NCBI GenBank assembly: GCA_030600655.1
Contig: JAUVLP010000001.1
Location: forward strand, 2,022 to 66,021
Direction of reading: 5' to 3'
From: Candidatus Eiseniibacteriota bacterium
GTDB taxonomy: Bacteria; Joyebacterota; Joyebacteria; Joyebacterales; Joyebacteraceae
Length of the DNA: 64,000 bases
Both the position numbers and the translations under genes were made by a program. Each line of letters begins with the position of its first letter. The stretch's first letter is position 1. This document shows positions 41,959 to 51,033 of the stretch, in pieces. The notes below the pieces were generated by a model. It did not search any database, was not told the DNA's origin, and saw nothing but the letters and a program-made list of their open reading frames with translations.

Positions 41959-42380
41959 TGGACAGGACATTCCTCATGGTGAAGCCGCGGGCCGTTCGTG
42001 ATGGTCTCACGGGAGAGATTCTCACCGCGCTCGAGCAAGGGGGTTTCCGTATCGTAGGCCTTGCATCACGAAAACTGTCTGTCGAAGAAGCTCACGTGTT
42101 CTATGACGTGCATGTGGACAGACCGTTCTTTGGAACTCTCGTCGAGTTTGTTACATCGGGAATGACGGTCGGCGTCATGCTGGAAGCGCCCAACGCGGTC
42201 ACGGCACTCCGGACGTTTATCGGAGCCACCGATCCGGCCAAGGCGGAGCCCTCGAGCATCAGGGGCAAGTACGGCAAGAGCATGACGGAGAACGCGGTGC
42301 ACGCTTCCGACGCGCCGGCGCGCGTGAAACACGAATCAGCCTTCCATTTCGGCGATTGCCCTCGTACACTGGTTGGATAG
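41958..42380 (+). CDS. ndk: Nucleoside diphosphate kinase
   Basis: MDRTFLMVKPRAVRDGLTGEIL, with the active-site His in ...NAVHASDAP. Confidence 0.9.
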   Translation: MDRTFLMVKPRAVRDGLTGEILTALEQGGFRIVGLASRKLSVEEAHVFYDVHVDRPFFGTLVEFVTSGMTVGVMLEAPNAVTALRTFIGATDPAKAEPSSIRGKYGKSMTENAVHASDAPARVKHESAFHFGDCPRTLVG

Positions 42381-42383
42381 GTG

Positions 42384-42917
42384 ATGTTCGCAATGGGCGG
42401 AGCTACCGAGCTATCCGGAGGAACGATGGAGAAGGCGATTGTTCAGGCGGAGACAATGAAGGAGTACCTGGCGACCGTCGATGAGATAGCCGGGAAGTAT
42501 GTGGATGCGCCGGGAAGTGTGATTCCCGTGTTGCAGCAGGTTCAGTCCAGAATCGGTTACCTGCCTATTGAGGTGATTCGGAGAATAGGGCACTCTCTGG
42601 GTGTGCCTTCGTCCCACGTCTACGGAGTGGCCAGTTTCTATTCGCAGTTCAGGTTCAATCCTGTCGGGAAGTACATCGTGAGAGTTTGCCACGGTACGGC
42701 CTGCCACGTGCAGGGGGCGGTCGCGATCAGTGACGCCATCTGTGATGAGCTGAACGTCGAGGATGGGAATACCACCGAGGACGGGATGTTCACCGTGGAG
42801 TCTGTGGCGTGCATCGGTTGTTGCAGCCTTGCCCCTGTGATCATGATCGCGGACGATACATACGGCCGCCTGACTCCCGCCGAGGCACGGAAGATCGTCC
42901 GGGAGTACGGAAAATAA
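42384..42917 (+). CDS. NuoE/HydC-like thioredoxin-fold [2Fe-2S] subunit (StnB-like)
   Basis: VIPVLQQVQSRIGYLP...VASFYSQFRFNPVGKYIVRVCHGTACHVQGA...CIGCCSLAPV shows the NuoE family Cys ligand pattern. Confidence 0.8.
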   Translation: MFAMGGATELSGGTMEKAIVQAETMKEYLATVDEIAGKYVDAPGSVIPVLQQVQSRIGYLPIEVIRRIGHSLGVPSSHVYGVASFYSQFRFNPVGKYIVRVCHGTACHVQGAVAISDAICDELNVEDGNTTEDGMFTVESVACIGCCSLAPVIMIADDTYGRLTPAEARKIVREYGK

Positions 42918-43011
42918 GGCCTGGGCGGCGGTCGATTGCGTGTGGCCGAGCACGGAATCAGAGCGAACCCATTGCGGAACACCCTGTGAAGGGTATCTGG
43001 AAAGGGACAAG

Positions 43012-44799
43012 ATGGCTACTTCGGGCGTGGTTGCTGAGATAACGGTCGGCCTCTCCAGCTGTGGGATTGCCGCCGGAGCTCGGGATGTGTTTGAGACCTT
43101 CCGGGAAAGGCTCCGTGGCCAGGGGATCGATGTCGAGCTCAAGCGCACGGGCTGTGTTGGGATGTGCTACAGGGAACCGCTCGTGGATGTAGTTGTTCCC
43201 GGGTTGGGGAAGACGACGTACGGCGGCGTCACCACCGAACGCGTCGACCGCATCATTGCTGAACACGTGGTGGGCGGAAAGCCGATCGAAGAGTGGTTGA
43301 TCCACGCCGACGGTCGGGAGTTTCCGGATGATGCCTACTTGGCGCCACAGGAGCGGATAGTCCTCAGGAACGCAGGTTTGATCGATCCTGAATCGATCGA
43401 TGACTACATAGATGCGGGCGGCTATGATGCTCTCGCGACCGTGCTCAAGTCCATGTCGCCCGGCGACATCATATCGGTAATCAAGGACTCCGGTCTGAGG
43501 GGGCGCGGCGGAGCCGGTTTTCCGACCGGCGTGAAGTGGGGTCTGGCCAAGCAGCAACCGGGAGACACCAAGTACGTCATAGTCAACGCCGACGAGGGAG
43601 ATCCCGGCGCCTTCATGGACAGGAGCATTCTTGAGGGCGACCCCCATTCGGTTCTAGAAGGCCTCGCGATCTCTGCGTTCGCAATCGGAGCCAACGAGGG
43701 CTACTTCTACGTCCGCGCGGAATACCCTCTCGCCATCAAGCGCCTTGAGATAGCTATTGCCGATGCCACGGAGCGAGGATTTCTCGGAAGCGACATTCTG
43801 GGATCCGGATTTGGATTTACAGTGAAGATCAAGGAAGGCGCCGGAGCTTTCGTCTGTGGCGAGGAGACGGCTCTCATCGCATCCATCGAGGGCAAGAGGG
43901 GGATGCCGAAGTTGCGGCCGCCGTATCCCGCTGTCGAAGGGCTCTGGGGCAAGCCGACCAACATCAACAACGTCGAAACGTATGCGAACATCGCCTGGAT
44001 CATCACAAATGGGGCCGCGGCGTATGCGAGCCACGGTACTGAGACCAGCAAGGGAACGAAGGTCTTCGCGCTCGCCGGGAAGATCGTTCGCGGTGGACTT
44101 GTTGAAGTCCCGATGGGCATTCGATTGAGAGACATCATCTTCAAGATCGGCGGTGGTGTACCTGAGGGACGGGTGTTCAAGGCCGTTCAGCTCGGTGGGC
44201 CATCCGGTGGCTGCATTCCGGAGGAGCACATTGACATCAAGGTCGATTACGAGTCCGTGACGAAAACGGGTGCTATCATGGGCTCGGGCGGAATGGTTGT
44301 CATGGACGATTCGACCTGCATGGTGGACATCGCGCGGTTCTTTCTCAACTTTACCCAGAACGAAAGCTGCGGCAAGTGCACGTTCTGTCGAGTAGGCACC
44401 AAGCGAATGCTGGAGATCCTTGAGCGCATTTGTGCCGGAGACGGACGGGAAGGCGATATCGAACTCCTGCAAGAGCTGGGCGAGAAAATCGTGAGTTCGT
44501 CGCTCTGTGGACTAGGGCAGAGCGCGCCGAACCCTGTTCTTACTACTATCAAGTACTTCAGGAATGAGTACGAGGCACACATTCGTGAGAAACGCTGCCC
44601 GGCGCTCGTGTGCAAGGCGCTTCTGACCTATGAAGTTGTTGCAGAGAATTGCGTAGGCTGTACGCTGTGCACCAGAGCATGTCCGGTGGGTGCGGTGAGC
44701 GGCGAGAAAAAGCAGCCGCACACAATAGATCAGGATCTCTGTACGAGCTGCGACGCGTGCAGACAGGTATGCAAGTTCGACGCGATCATGGTTCGCTAG
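43012..44799 (+). CDS. NuoF/HydB-like NADH-binding FMN/[4Fe-4S] flavoprotein with an N-terminal [2Fe-2S] domain and C-terminal 2x[4Fe-4S] (StnC-like)
   Basis: GRGGAGFPTGVKW (FMN site), VVNADEGDPGAFMDR (NADH site), ESCGKCTFCR (N3 cluster). The C-terminus CVGCTLCTRACP...CTSCDACRQVCKF has two ferredoxin motifs. The first ATG (MATSG) follows AAAGGGA. Confidence 0.85.
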   Translation: MATSGVVAEITVGLSSCGIAAGARDVFETFRERLRGQGIDVELKRTGCVGMCYREPLVDVVVPGLGKTTYGGVTTERVDRIIAEHVVGGKPIEEWLIHADGREFPDDAYLAPQERIVLRNAGLIDPESIDDYIDAGGYDALATVLKSMSPGDIISVIKDSGLRGRGGAGFPTGVKWGLAKQQPGDTKYVIVNADEGDPGAFMDRSILEGDPHSVLEGLAISAFAIGANEGYFYVRAEYPLAIKRLEIAIADATERGFLGSDILGSGFGFTVKIKEGAGAFVCGEETALIASIEGKRGMPKLRPPYPAVEGLWGKPTNINNVETYANIAWIITNGAAAYASHGTETSKGTKVFALAGKIVRGGLVEVPMGIRLRDIIFKIGGGVPEGRVFKAVQLGGPSGGCIPEEHIDIKVDYESVTKTGAIMGSGGMVVMDDSTCMVDIARFFLNFTQNESCGKCTFCRVGTKRMLEILERICAGDGREGDIELLQELGEKIVSSSLCGLGQSAPNPVLTTIKYFRNEYEAHIREKRCPALVCKALLTYEVVAENCVGCTLCTRACPVGAVSGEKKQPHTIDQDLCTSCDACRQVCKFDAIMVR

Positions 44800-44848
44800 G
44801 GCGAATCAACAGATCTTGAGAGCGAGGCTGAATTAGAGAGGGAACAAG

Positions 44849-47800
44849 GTGGCACTGGTAACTGTCTCCCTTGATGGGAAGGAAGTACAGGTAGAGCACG
44901 GTATTACCATCCTTGAGGCTGCTAGGCGAAACGGGATAGAGATACCGACACTATGCCATGATGAACAGCTCGAGCCTTTCACGTCCTGCTGGGTCTGCGC
45001 GGTCAAGCTGGAGGGCGTGAAGCGGTATGTACCCTCATGCGGAACACGAGTGGCAGAGGGGATGAAGATCTGGACGGACACTGAGGACGTGCGTGCGGTG
45101 CGACGGATGGCGCTCGAACTCCTAATGTCGAACCACCGGGGCGACTGCATCGCGCCATGTCAGGTGGCGTGTCCGGCAAGCGTCGACGTCCAAGGGTACA
45201 TTGCTCTCATCGCGAACAAGAAGTACCGTGAGGCGACGGCGCTCGTCAAGGAAGTGAATCCATTCCCTCTGTCGATCGGACGCGTCTGCACCCGACCGTG
45301 CGAGGATGAGTGCCGCAGGAACGCCATGGAGGGACCGGTCTGCATTGATTTCCTGAAGCGGTTCGCGGCGGACTGGGACATCGATCATCCGGGGCCGTTC
45401 TCACCCCCGGTCGCGCCCTCGACGGGGAAGAGAGTTGCGATGGTGGGGGCAGGACCAGGCAGCCTTACGGCCGCCTACTACCTTGTCCAGAAGGGCCATG
45501 CAGTCACGATCTTCGAGGCGCTACCGGCTGCGGGAGGAATGCTTCGCTACGGCATCCCGGAGTACAGGCTACCCAAGAACACTCTTGATGATGAGATCGG
45601 ACTCATCACGCGGCTCGGTGTGACCATCGAATACGGCAAGGCTCTCGGTCGCGATTTCGTGCTGAAGGATCTCTTTGATGATGGGTTCGACGCGATCTTC
45701 CTTGGGCTGGGCGCGATGGGAAGCCGCAAGATGCGCATTGACGGAGAGGACCTCGAAGGGGTTTGGGCCGGGACCGATTTCCTCAAGGAGATGGGTCTCG
45801 ATAACAAGGTCAAGATAGGAAAGAGTGTCGCCATTATCGGAGGTGGGAACACGGCCGTCGATGCGGCGCGAACGTGCCTTCGTCTCGGTGCTCAGAATGT
45901 GACCATTGTGTACCGCAGGTCACGCAAGGAAATGCCTGCATGGGATGTCGAAGTCGATGCCGCCGAGCACGAGGGCATTGTCATGCATTTCCTTGCAGCT
46001 CCGACGAAGATAGATGGAGACGGGAAGTGCGAGCGGCTGGAGTACATCCGCATGGAACTCGGTGAGCCCGACGAGAGCGGACGTAGACGTCCCGTTCCAA
46101 TAGAAGGTTCTGAGGAACTCCTTCCTGTCGACAATGTGATCGCCGCGATCGGTCAGATCCCGGATCTCAATTGCATCCACTCGACAGTCGAGAAGAATCC
46201 CAAATCCCTGGAGGCTGGGCTGGAGCTCACGCGTTGGGGCACCATCGTTGCAGACGAGAGGACATGCGCGACATCAGTTGAGGGCGTCTTTGCCGGTGGC
46301 GACGTCGTAAACGGAGCCGCTACTGCCATCGAGGCGATCGCACACGGCGGCAAGGCAGCGGTCGCAATCGACAGGATGCTCAGCGGCGGCAAGTTCGACA
46401 GTAAGACTCCTTTCTTCAACGCTCAGAAGGAGCGCTGGGATCATTTTCCGGAGGAAGAACTCAAAGACGTTCCTCGTCAGGAGCGCCAGGAGATGCCGGA
46501 GCTTTCCGTCAATGCGAGGATTCGCACGTTCGAAGAAGTGGAACTCGGGTTCACCGAGGAGCAAGCGCTTGAGGAGACCAAACGTTGTCTCGAGTGCGGC
46601 TGCATAGATGCATTCACATGCGATCTGAGAACACACTCGGCGGAGTACGATGTCAGGCCCACGCAGTATGCGGGCGATATGCTCCACGAGCTACCTGATG
46701 TACGGCACCCGTTCATTCGTATAGAACCTGAGAAGTGCATCATGTGCGGCCGCTGTATCCGCACCTGCGAGGTGGTGGAGGGAGCATCAGCTCTCGGTTT
46801 CTTCCAGCGGGGATTCGATGCCCAGATGAAACCGAGCCTTGGTCTGCCTCTCGCTTCGACCGAGTGCGAGTCGTGTGGACAATGCGTCACGGTCTGCCCG
46901 ACTGCGGGAATCTCCGAAAAGCCCCTTGCGATCAAACCCGGGCCGTGGGATCTCGAATCCACAGACTCGATCTGCGGTTTCTGTGGGACCGGATGCGCGG
47001 TGAATCTCAATACAATTGCTGGAGATCTGGTGTCGGTGACGCCTTCGGCTGCCGGTGTCAATGACGGGAATCTCTGTGTTCGCGGCAGGTTCGGTTTCCG
47101 TGCACTTTATATGGGGGAGCGCGTCACGCGGCCTCTCTTGCGTAGAGACGCTGGTCTCGATGAGGTGAGCCTGCCCGACGCGCTTGAGCGGGTAGCGAGC
47201 GTCCTCAAGAGCACGGTGCAGACCTCAGGGCCTGGATCCGTAGCGGTTTTCGGCTCAACGCGGTTGACGAACGAAGAGGCCTACCAGTTGCAGAAACTGG
47301 CCAGAGCGGGTCTAGGAACCCCGAACCTGGGCTCATTCGGTACAGCATCGGAAAGCGCGATCTTCGGTGCGCTGAGGCACGCGGTCGGGTATGCAGCTTC
47401 GACTGCATCCTACGACGACGTCAGAGGGGCGGACGTCATTCTGCTCATGGACTCCGACGTTGCGGAGGAGCAGACTGTCGCGGGCATAGCCATAAGAAAG
47501 GCAGTGAGGAGAGGGGCACGGCTTCTCGTTATATCACCGCGTGCGACCCGGATGGCCCGATTGGCGGATACGTGGATTCAGGTTGACCGAGATACGGTGG
47601 GTGATCTCGTCAGGGGGATGTTGGATCATCTCCTGTCGGAGGGTGTGGTTGATGTTGACGCTCTGCCGTATGGGTTGACGGGATTGGAAGAGCTTCTGGC
47701 GTCGCTTCCTGTCGGCGGTCTTGCGAAGGCCGCGTCAGCTGCGGGAATTGAACCCGATGTGGTCCGCGCTGTAGCCCAGGCATTCGCTTGTGCAGAGAAG

Positions 47801-48691
47801 GGCGTTTTGATCGCCAATGCAGCGTCCTTCTCAATAGCTACGGCTGACCGTGATGCGGCGGGCGCAATAGCGCTTGCCGCAATTTCCGGCAAGGTGGCGG
47901 GTGACGGCTCGGGTGTTCTGTTCCTTCGGATGAAGGCAAACGGACAGGGGATAGCGGATGTCGGCCTCGATCCGTTGCTGCTTCCGGGTCAGTCGTCAGC
48001 TCTCTGCGAGGAGTCGCGTGCGGATCTTGAGGCACTGTACGGGGCGTCTGTACCAGCTCCGCTTTATGGCGACACGAATGCGCTTTTCGAAGGCATAGAG
48101 TCCGGCACTGTCCGGGCTGTGTTGATAGTCGGGGAGGATCCGGTCGGCGGCTCCAATAATCACGAGAGGGTGCGAAAGGCCCTTTCCGGACTCGATTTCC
48201 TTGCTGTAGCCGACTCGGTTCCGACCGCAACCACAGCGCTGGCTGATATCGTGATACCGCTTGCTGCTCTTGCTGAGGTTCATGGAAGCTACACAAACAG
48301 TGAACGGAGAGTCCAGTCGGTCGCCAGAGCCGTGGATGCAGAGCACGACACGCTGACAATGCTGGGTGCCCTCAGTCGGCTGCTCGGAGTAGAGTCCGGC
48401 GAGAGTGTTCCGGCGGCCGTGAGGCGGGAATTTGGTCAGGTCTCGAAGTGGATCGATTTTCCTCCGGGTGAGCCGGGTATTCCCGGCCAGAGGTGGTTTG
48501 GTAGAGGCTTGCACGGTGAGATCCCGGCCATGACCGGGATGACCGTGGCGCTTGACGGTTTCGAAGTGGAGAGCTACGGAGTCTTTTTCGATCCACGCTG
48601 GATCGATGCTCTCGAAGCACGCTTTTCGCGGCTGGCAGAGAAGGAAGGGCTGGCCGACCACATTGTCAGGCGCGTGGGACTTTCGGCTTGA
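44849..48691 (+). CDS. 1280-aa fusion: plant-type [2Fe-2S] ferredoxin + GltD-like NAD(P)H:FAD oxidoreductase + NuoG/FdhA-like Fe-S and molybdopterin-fold domain (StnA-like large subunit)
   Basis: Residues 1-80 form the [2Fe-2S] domain (LCHDEQLEPFTSCWVCAV...PSC). Residues about 85-520 are GltD-like with 2x[4Fe-4S] (CIAPCQVACP...VCTRPCEDEC) and dinucleotide folds (VAMVGAGPGSLTAAYYL, VAIIGGGNTAVD). Residues about 560-700 carry the NuoG-type clusters (CLECGC...C, CIMCGRCIRTCE, CESCGQCVTVCP). Residues about 700-1280 form a molybdopterin-oxidoreductase-like fold (ICGFCGTGCAVNL...). No H-cluster motifs and no in-frame TGA. Confidence 0.75.
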   Translation: MALVTVSLDGKEVQVEHGITILEAARRNGIEIPTLCHDEQLEPFTSCWVCAVKLEGVKRYVPSCGTRVAEGMKIWTDTEDVRAVRRMALELLMSNHRGDCIAPCQVACPASVDVQGYIALIANKKYREATALVKEVNPFPLSIGRVCTRPCEDECRRNAMEGPVCIDFLKRFAADWDIDHPGPFSPPVAPSTGKRVAMVGAGPGSLTAAYYLVQKGHAVTIFEALPAAGGMLRYGIPEYRLPKNTLDDEIGLITRLGVTIEYGKALGRDFVLKDLFDDGFDAIFLGLGAMGSRKMRIDGEDLEGVWAGTDFLKEMGLDNKVKIGKSVAIIGGGNTAVDAARTCLRLGAQNVTIVYRRSRKEMPAWDVEVDAAEHEGIVMHFLAAPTKIDGDGKCERLEYIRMELGEPDESGRRRPVPIEGSEELLPVDNVIAAIGQIPDLNCIHSTVEKNPKSLEAGLELTRWGTIVADERTCATSVEGVFAGGDVVNGAATAIEAIAHGGKAAVAIDRMLSGGKFDSKTPFFNAQKERWDHFPEEELKDVPRQERQEMPELSVNARIRTFEEVELGFTEEQALEETKRCLECGCIDAFTCDLRTHSAEYDVRPTQYAGDMLHELPDVRHPFIRIEPEKCIMCGRCIRTCEVVEGASALGFFQRGFDAQMKPSLGLPLASTECESCGQCVTVCPTAGISEKPLAIKPGPWDLESTDSICGFCGTGCAVNLNTIAGDLVSVTPSAAGVNDGNLCVRGRFGFRALYMGERVTRPLLRRDAGLDEVSLPDALERVASVLKSTVQTSGPGSVAVFGSTRLTNEEAYQLQKLARAGLGTPNLGSFGTASESAIFGALRHAVGYAASTASYDDVRGADVILLMDSDVAEEQTVAGIAIRKAVRRGARLLVISPRATRMARLADTWIQVDRDTVGDLVRGMLDHLLSEGVVDVDALPYGLTGLEELLASLPVGGLAKAASAAGIEPDVVRAVAQAFACAEKGVLIANAASFSIATADRDAAGAIALAAISGKVAGDGSGVLFLRMKANGQGIADVGLDPLLLPGQSSALCEESRADLEALYGASVPAPLYGDTNALFEGIESGTVRAVLIVGEDPVGGSNNHERVRKALSGLDFLAVADSVPTATTALADIVIPLAALAEVHGSYTNSERRVQSVARAVDAEHDTLTMLGALSRLLGVESGESVPAAVRREFGQVSKWIDFPPGEPGIPGQRWFGRGLHGEIPAMTGMTVALDGFEVESYGVFFDPRWIDALEARFSRLAEKEGLADHIVRRVGLSA

Positions 48692-48716
48692 CTTGGTGGC
48701 TTTGTCCATCTAAGAT
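48688..48716 (+). promoter_or_regulatory. Candidate strong sigma-70 promoter (TTGACT-17-TAAGAT) for the rpmF-plsX-fab operon
   Basis: TTGACT at 48688-48693 overlaps the upstream gene's stop. A 17-nt spacer precedes TAAGAT at 48711-48716, about 100 nt upstream of the rpmF ATG. Confidence 0.45.
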
Positions 48717-48816
48717 AGCCTGAATTGCTGTGTCCGGCAGGGATTCCGGCAGGGGTCCCTGTAGGTACTACTGGGTTCCCCGAAACGATTCGGGTAACGG
48801 ATATTTCGGAGGCAAC

Positions 48817-49005
48817 ATGGCTGTTCCAAAGAGAAAAACCTCCAAGTCTATCGGAAGGAAACGCAGGACTCACAAGAAGTTGGCGAGCCCACCGCTCTCC
48901 GTCTGTCCGTCCTGTGGCGAGCCCAAGCTTCCGCATCGGATGTGTCCGCACTGCGGGGTGTACAAGGGCCGTGAGATCCTCCCGGAGGAGAAGGAGAAGG
49001 AGTAA
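48817..49005 (+). CDS. rpmF: 50S ribosomal protein L32
   Basis: [21 protein letters not shown]... with zinc-ribbon Cys pairs CPSCG...CPHCG. GGAGG lies 6 nt upstream. Confidence 0.9.
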   Translation: MAVPKRKTSKSIGRKRRTHKKLASPPLSVCPSCGEPKLPHRMCPHCGVYKGREILPEEKEKE

Positions 49006-49006
49006 G

Positions 49007-50044
49007 GTGTCCATAGTTCCCGGAAGCAGTCCTGCAGGCGGCAGTTCGGCTTCGCGGCCTATTCGAATCGCGGTGGATGCGATGGGCGGCGACAACGCGC
49101 CGGGTGTTGAGATTGGGGGAGCCATAGCGGCAGCCAGGGAGGCCGAAGGGGAGATCGAGGTTGTTCTCGTTGGGCAGCGGGGTCTCCTTGAGGCTGAGAT
49201 AGCTAAGCGTGACGCGACGGGTCTGCCGATTTCGATAGTGGATGCCGCTGACGTTATTGGGATGCACGATGCCCCCGCAGAGGCCGTGAGGCGGAAGCGG
49301 GGGTCTTCTCTTGTGGTCGCGACAACGCTCCACAAGAAAGGCGAAGTGGATGGACTGGTGAGCGCAGGTAACACCGGAGCCGTGGTGGCAGCGGGTCTCT
49401 TGGGCTTGGGTATGCTCCGGGGTGTGCGTCGTCCTGCCATTGCCAGCCTCTATCCGACACTCAAGGACCCCGCGATAGTGCTGGACGTCGGGGCGAGTGT
49501 CGACTGCCGGCCGTCCGACCTCCTGGAGTTCGCGGTCATGGGTATGGCATATGCGCGTCATGTTCTTGGGCGCGATGACCCTCAGGTGGCGCTTGTGAAC
49601 ATCGGAGAGGAACCGTCGAAGGGCAATGAACTCACGAGGGCGGCACACAGACTTCTGAAGGAGAGCGATCTTACGTTCATCGGCAACATCGAGGGGAGTA
49701 GTATTCTGGCCGGCGCGGCCGACGTCATCGTCTGTGACGGTTTCGTTGGCAATGTCATACTGAAACTCACCGAAGGACTGATCCACATCCTGCCGAGGTT
49801 TCTGTCGCAGGGAAGCGGTATCGCAGCCGGAGATGCTGATGGGCTGAGGCGCAAATTCGACTACGCTGAGTATGGTGGCGCACCTCTCCTGGGTGTGAAC
49901 GGCGCTGTCATTATCGCCCATGGAGCCTCATCAGAGAAGGCGATAAAGAATGCTGTGAAGGTTGCCGCGAAGTTCGTTGACGCTGATGTTGATGGCGTGA
50001 TCGTGGATACGCTGAGAGAGGTGGTGTCGAACGATGGCCGATAG
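49007..50044 (+). CDS. plsX: Phosphate acyltransferase PlsX
   Basis: IAVDAMGGDNAPGVEIGGAIAAA... is the PlsX signature. GTG start 1 nt after the rpmF stop. The long upstream extension in the track is a frame artefact. Confidence 0.9.
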   Translation: MSIVPGSSPAGGSSASRPIRIAVDAMGGDNAPGVEIGGAIAAAREAEGEIEVVLVGQRGLLEAEIAKRDATGLPISIVDAADVIGMHDAPAEAVRRKRGSSLVVATTLHKKGEVDGLVSAGNTGAVVAAGLLGLGMLRGVRRPAIASLYPTLKDPAIVLDVGASVDCRPSDLLEFAVMGMAYARHVLGRDDPQVALVNIGEEPSKGNELTRAAHRLLKESDLTFIGNIEGSSILAGAADVIVCDGFVGNVILKLTEGLIHILPRFLSQGSGIAAGDADGLRRKFDYAEYGGAPLLGVNGAVIIAHGASSEKAIKNAVKVAAKFVDADVDGVIVDTLREVVSNDGR

Positions 50045-51026
50045 CGCGCGGAACGCATACATCGCCGGTATGGGCATGTATGTGCCCCCCAAGGTGATGA
50101 CGAACGAAGATTTCGCTAGAATCGTTGATACGTCAGACGAGTGGATCACCCAGATGACCGGGATCAAGGAACGGCGTCACGTCGAGGCTGATGTGGCAAC
50201 ATCCGACCTCGCGACGGCGGCGTCGAAGATAGCCATGGAGAAGGCCGGTGTGACTCCCGATGAGATCGACATGATCATCGTGGCGACAGCTACGCCGGAC
50301 ATGTTCTTCCCTTCGACGGCGTGTCTTGTTCAGACGAACATCGGCGCCGTCAATGCGTTTGCGTATGACATGGTGGCTGGATGTTCCGGTTTTATATATG
50401 GTCTTGTTATCGGCGAGCAATTCATCAAAGCCGGCACGGTGGAGACCATTCTTCTGATCGGAGCTGAGACGCTTTCCAAGGTGTCCAACATGACCGACAG
50501 GAACACGTGCGTTCTCTTCGGCGACGGCGCAGGAGCCGCGATTCTGCGTCCGTGCGAAACGCCGAAAGGGGTTATCGATCACGTCATTGGTTCCGACGGT
50601 TCTCTAGGCAGTCTTCTGTCTCTGCCTGCCGGCGGGTCGAGAATGCCGGCCTCCCACGAGACAGTTGACAAGGATCTGCACATGATCTACATGGACGGCC
50701 GCAAGGTCTATGTTAACGCAGTGAAGAAAATGGGTGACTCAGTCGTGCAGGTCCTCGATCAGCAGAACCTGACGGGCGACGACATGGACATACTCTTTCC
50801 ACATCAGGCGAATCTTCGCATCATCACGAGCGTCGCCAAGCGGGCAGGGATGCCGATAGAGAAGGTCTACATCAACATCCATAAGTATGGGAACACATCG
50901 GCGGCGTCGATCCCACTTGCGATGTGTGAGGCCATCGACGACGGGAGCTTGAAAGAAGGCATGCTCGTCGGTCTGGTAGCGTTTGGCGCCGGTTTCACCT
51001 GGGGCTCGGCCTTAATAAGGTGGTAG
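50034..51026 (+). CDS. fabH: 3-oxoacyl-ACP synthase III
   Basis: YIAGMGMYVPPKVMTNEDFARIVDTSDEWITQMTGIKERR. The active-site Cys is in AYDMVAGCSGFIYGL. C-terminal AFGAGFTWGSALIRW. Confidence 0.9.
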   Translation: MADSARNAYIAGMGMYVPPKVMTNEDFARIVDTSDEWITQMTGIKERRHVEADVATSDLATAASKIAMEKAGVTPDEIDMIIVATATPDMFFPSTACLVQTNIGAVNAFAYDMVAGCSGFIYGLVIGEQFIKAGTVETILLIGAETLSKVSNMTDRNTCVLFGDGAGAAILRPCETPKGVIDHVIGSDGSLGSLLSLPAGGSRMPASHETVDKDLHMIYMDGRKVYVNAVKKMGDSVVQVLDQQNLTGDDMDILFPHQANLRIITSVAKRAGMPIEKVYINIHKYGNTSAASIPLAMCEAIDDGSLKEGMLVGLVAFGAGFTWGSALIRW

Positions 51027-51033
51027 AGGATTC

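Noticed and set aside
43654-44472. 272-aa - strand ORF opposite the NuoF-like gene, plus similar ORFs opposite kor, stnA-like and plsX
   Set aside because: Same reasoning: the + frames carry complete cofactor motifs.
44849-48691. Selenocysteine (in-frame TGA) in the FdhA-like large subunit
   Set aside because: The ORF is uninterrupted, with no in-frame TGA where a Sec/Cys Mo ligand would be expected, so no recoding event is needed.
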